The position numbers and the translations under genes are program-made. Below, piece after piece: positions 30,823 to 32,000 of a stretch of 32,000 nucleotides of DNA. How positions within the stretch are numbered: the stretch's first letter is position 1; each line of letters begins with the position of its first letter. The notes below the pieces were generated by a model. The model saw only the letters and a program-made list of their open reading frames with translations. It ran no database searches and was not told the origin of the DNA. The DNA comes from Wallemia ichthyophaga EXF-994 (Eukaryota > Fungi > Basidiomycota): NCBI RefSeq assembly GCF_000400465.1, contig NW_008806280.1, positions 90,001-122,000 on the forward strand, read 5' to 3'.

Positions 30823-32000
30823 ATGAAAACTCCGCCACGCCCAAAATCGACAAAGCTCTCCGAGACGTGCGCACCACCGCCGGAGACGATTAGAGATAAG
30901 AAGAGGAATAAGAAATATTCGCGGCATGGGCTCTTAGGGGAGGTGAGAAATGACAGCGACGGGGATGAAAACGAATCTGACACTCGAGTAGGGCGGATTC
31001 GCACGAGTGTACGAAGTCGAGGATGACCACGGCGGGTTGCTTGCCATTAAGACAATATCTAAAACAGCGCTGCAGTCCAAGAAAAACAGGACTAAGGTGT
31101 GTCTTGAATTCTGATAATATTGTGACGCACACACTGACACACTCACAGCTCTATGCTGAAATCAAACTGCATAAAGCATTATCACACCCGAATATAGTCG
31201 GCTTTGAGGAATGCTTCGAGGATGAAGAAAACGTTTACATGCTGATGGAATTGTGCAAGGCAGGCAATATGATGGATCTTCTTCGCGCGAGAAAGAGATA
31301 CACAGCTCCAGAAACACGCTTCTTCCTCGTACAGCTTATAGGCGCGTGTCAGTACATGCACGAGCATTCAGTTATTCACCGTGACCTTAAACTGGGCAAC
31401 TTGTTTTTGGACGAGTCGATGAATGTCAAAGTGGGTGACTTTGGCTTGGCCGCTTTGATTGAGCGCGAGGGCGAGCGGAAGAAAACAATATGCGGTACTC
31501 CAAATTATATCGCTCCAGAAGTTCTATTTGATACATCGAATGGACACAGCTTTGAAGTCGACGTGTGGTCTATTGGCGTAATCATGTACACTCTTCTAGT
31601 AGGGAAACCACCGTTTCAGACCAAAGATGTCAAGGAAATTTACAAGTGGGTTTGAGACACTGCTGAGACATGCGCACTTAACACTCACCCTTCAGACGGA
31701 TAAAAGACAATTTGTACGAATTCCCAGTGGATGATCCAATCCCGACTGAAGCTGAGGATCTCATTTCGTGCATCCTGACACCAGATCCTAGTGGGTTTGA
31801 GTTACTTAATAACTTGATTTTTCAGCTAACAACAAACTCCAGACGACAGACCGACTCTTCACGAAATTTTAGACCATCCTTTCTTTAGTGGGATTACGCC
31901 GCCATCTATCCCGTCAACAGCGCGCATGTCTAAACCTGACTTCAGCAACGTGACAAACGCAATGTCTAAACATAACATGCGCAGGCTGCGTCAGCAAGTA
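30823..32000 (+). CDS. CDC5: Polo-like kinase Cdc5/Plo1, 3'-truncated by the window edge
   Basis: Segments LLGE|[59 protein letters not shown] and [10 protein letters not shown] are polo-family kinase signatures. Introns at 30942, 31098, 31646 and 31791. Confidence 0.95.

Noticed and set aside
15599-32000. Apparent cluster of replication/cell-cycle genes (CSM3, MCM7, HCS1, CDC5)
   Set aside because: They are interspersed with unrelated housekeeping genes, and such neighbours are expected by chance in a gene-dense genome without synteny evidence.
1-32000. tRNA, rRNA, CRISPR array, transposon or secondary-metabolite cluster
   Set aside because: No cloverleaf, spaced direct repeats, terminal repeats, transposase/RT motifs or PKS/NRPS motifs were seen. 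The short repeats found are simple microsatellites, mostly in coding sequence.

Overview
Eukaryotic fungal DNA with a very compact, gene-dense layout: about 25 genes in 32 kb, introns mostly 46-60 nt, several genes intronless, and intergenic gaps often under 90 bp. The gene content and layout suggest a compact-genome basidiomycete such as Wallemia (inference, not checked against a database). Recognisable genes in order: AVL9 (partial), ATG5, a large PAM2/coiled-coil protein resembling Ustilago Upa2, IML2/TTC39, folylpolyglutamate synthase, RIB4, TAP42, a GSKIP-like protein, CSM3/Swi3, BET3, a G-protein gamma subunit, a GRF zinc-finger protein, CWF18, mitochondrial IF2, RMD1, JIP5/WDR55, MCM7, RRP9, HCS1/IGHMBP2 and polo kinase CDC5 (partial), plus several small orphan ORFs. 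No rRNA, tRNA, CRISPR array or transposon could be supported. Most interesting points: (1) a candidate Upa2 endosomal mRNA-transport scaffold with a GWF rather than GWW tail; (2) head-to-head gene pairs with start codons under 85 bp apart, with RRP9/HCS1 sharing one CATG palindrome; (3) GTGGGT as the commonest inferred 5' splice site; (4) clustered MCB and forkhead motifs upstream of MCM7 and the polo kinase. All gene models were built by hand from the sequence.
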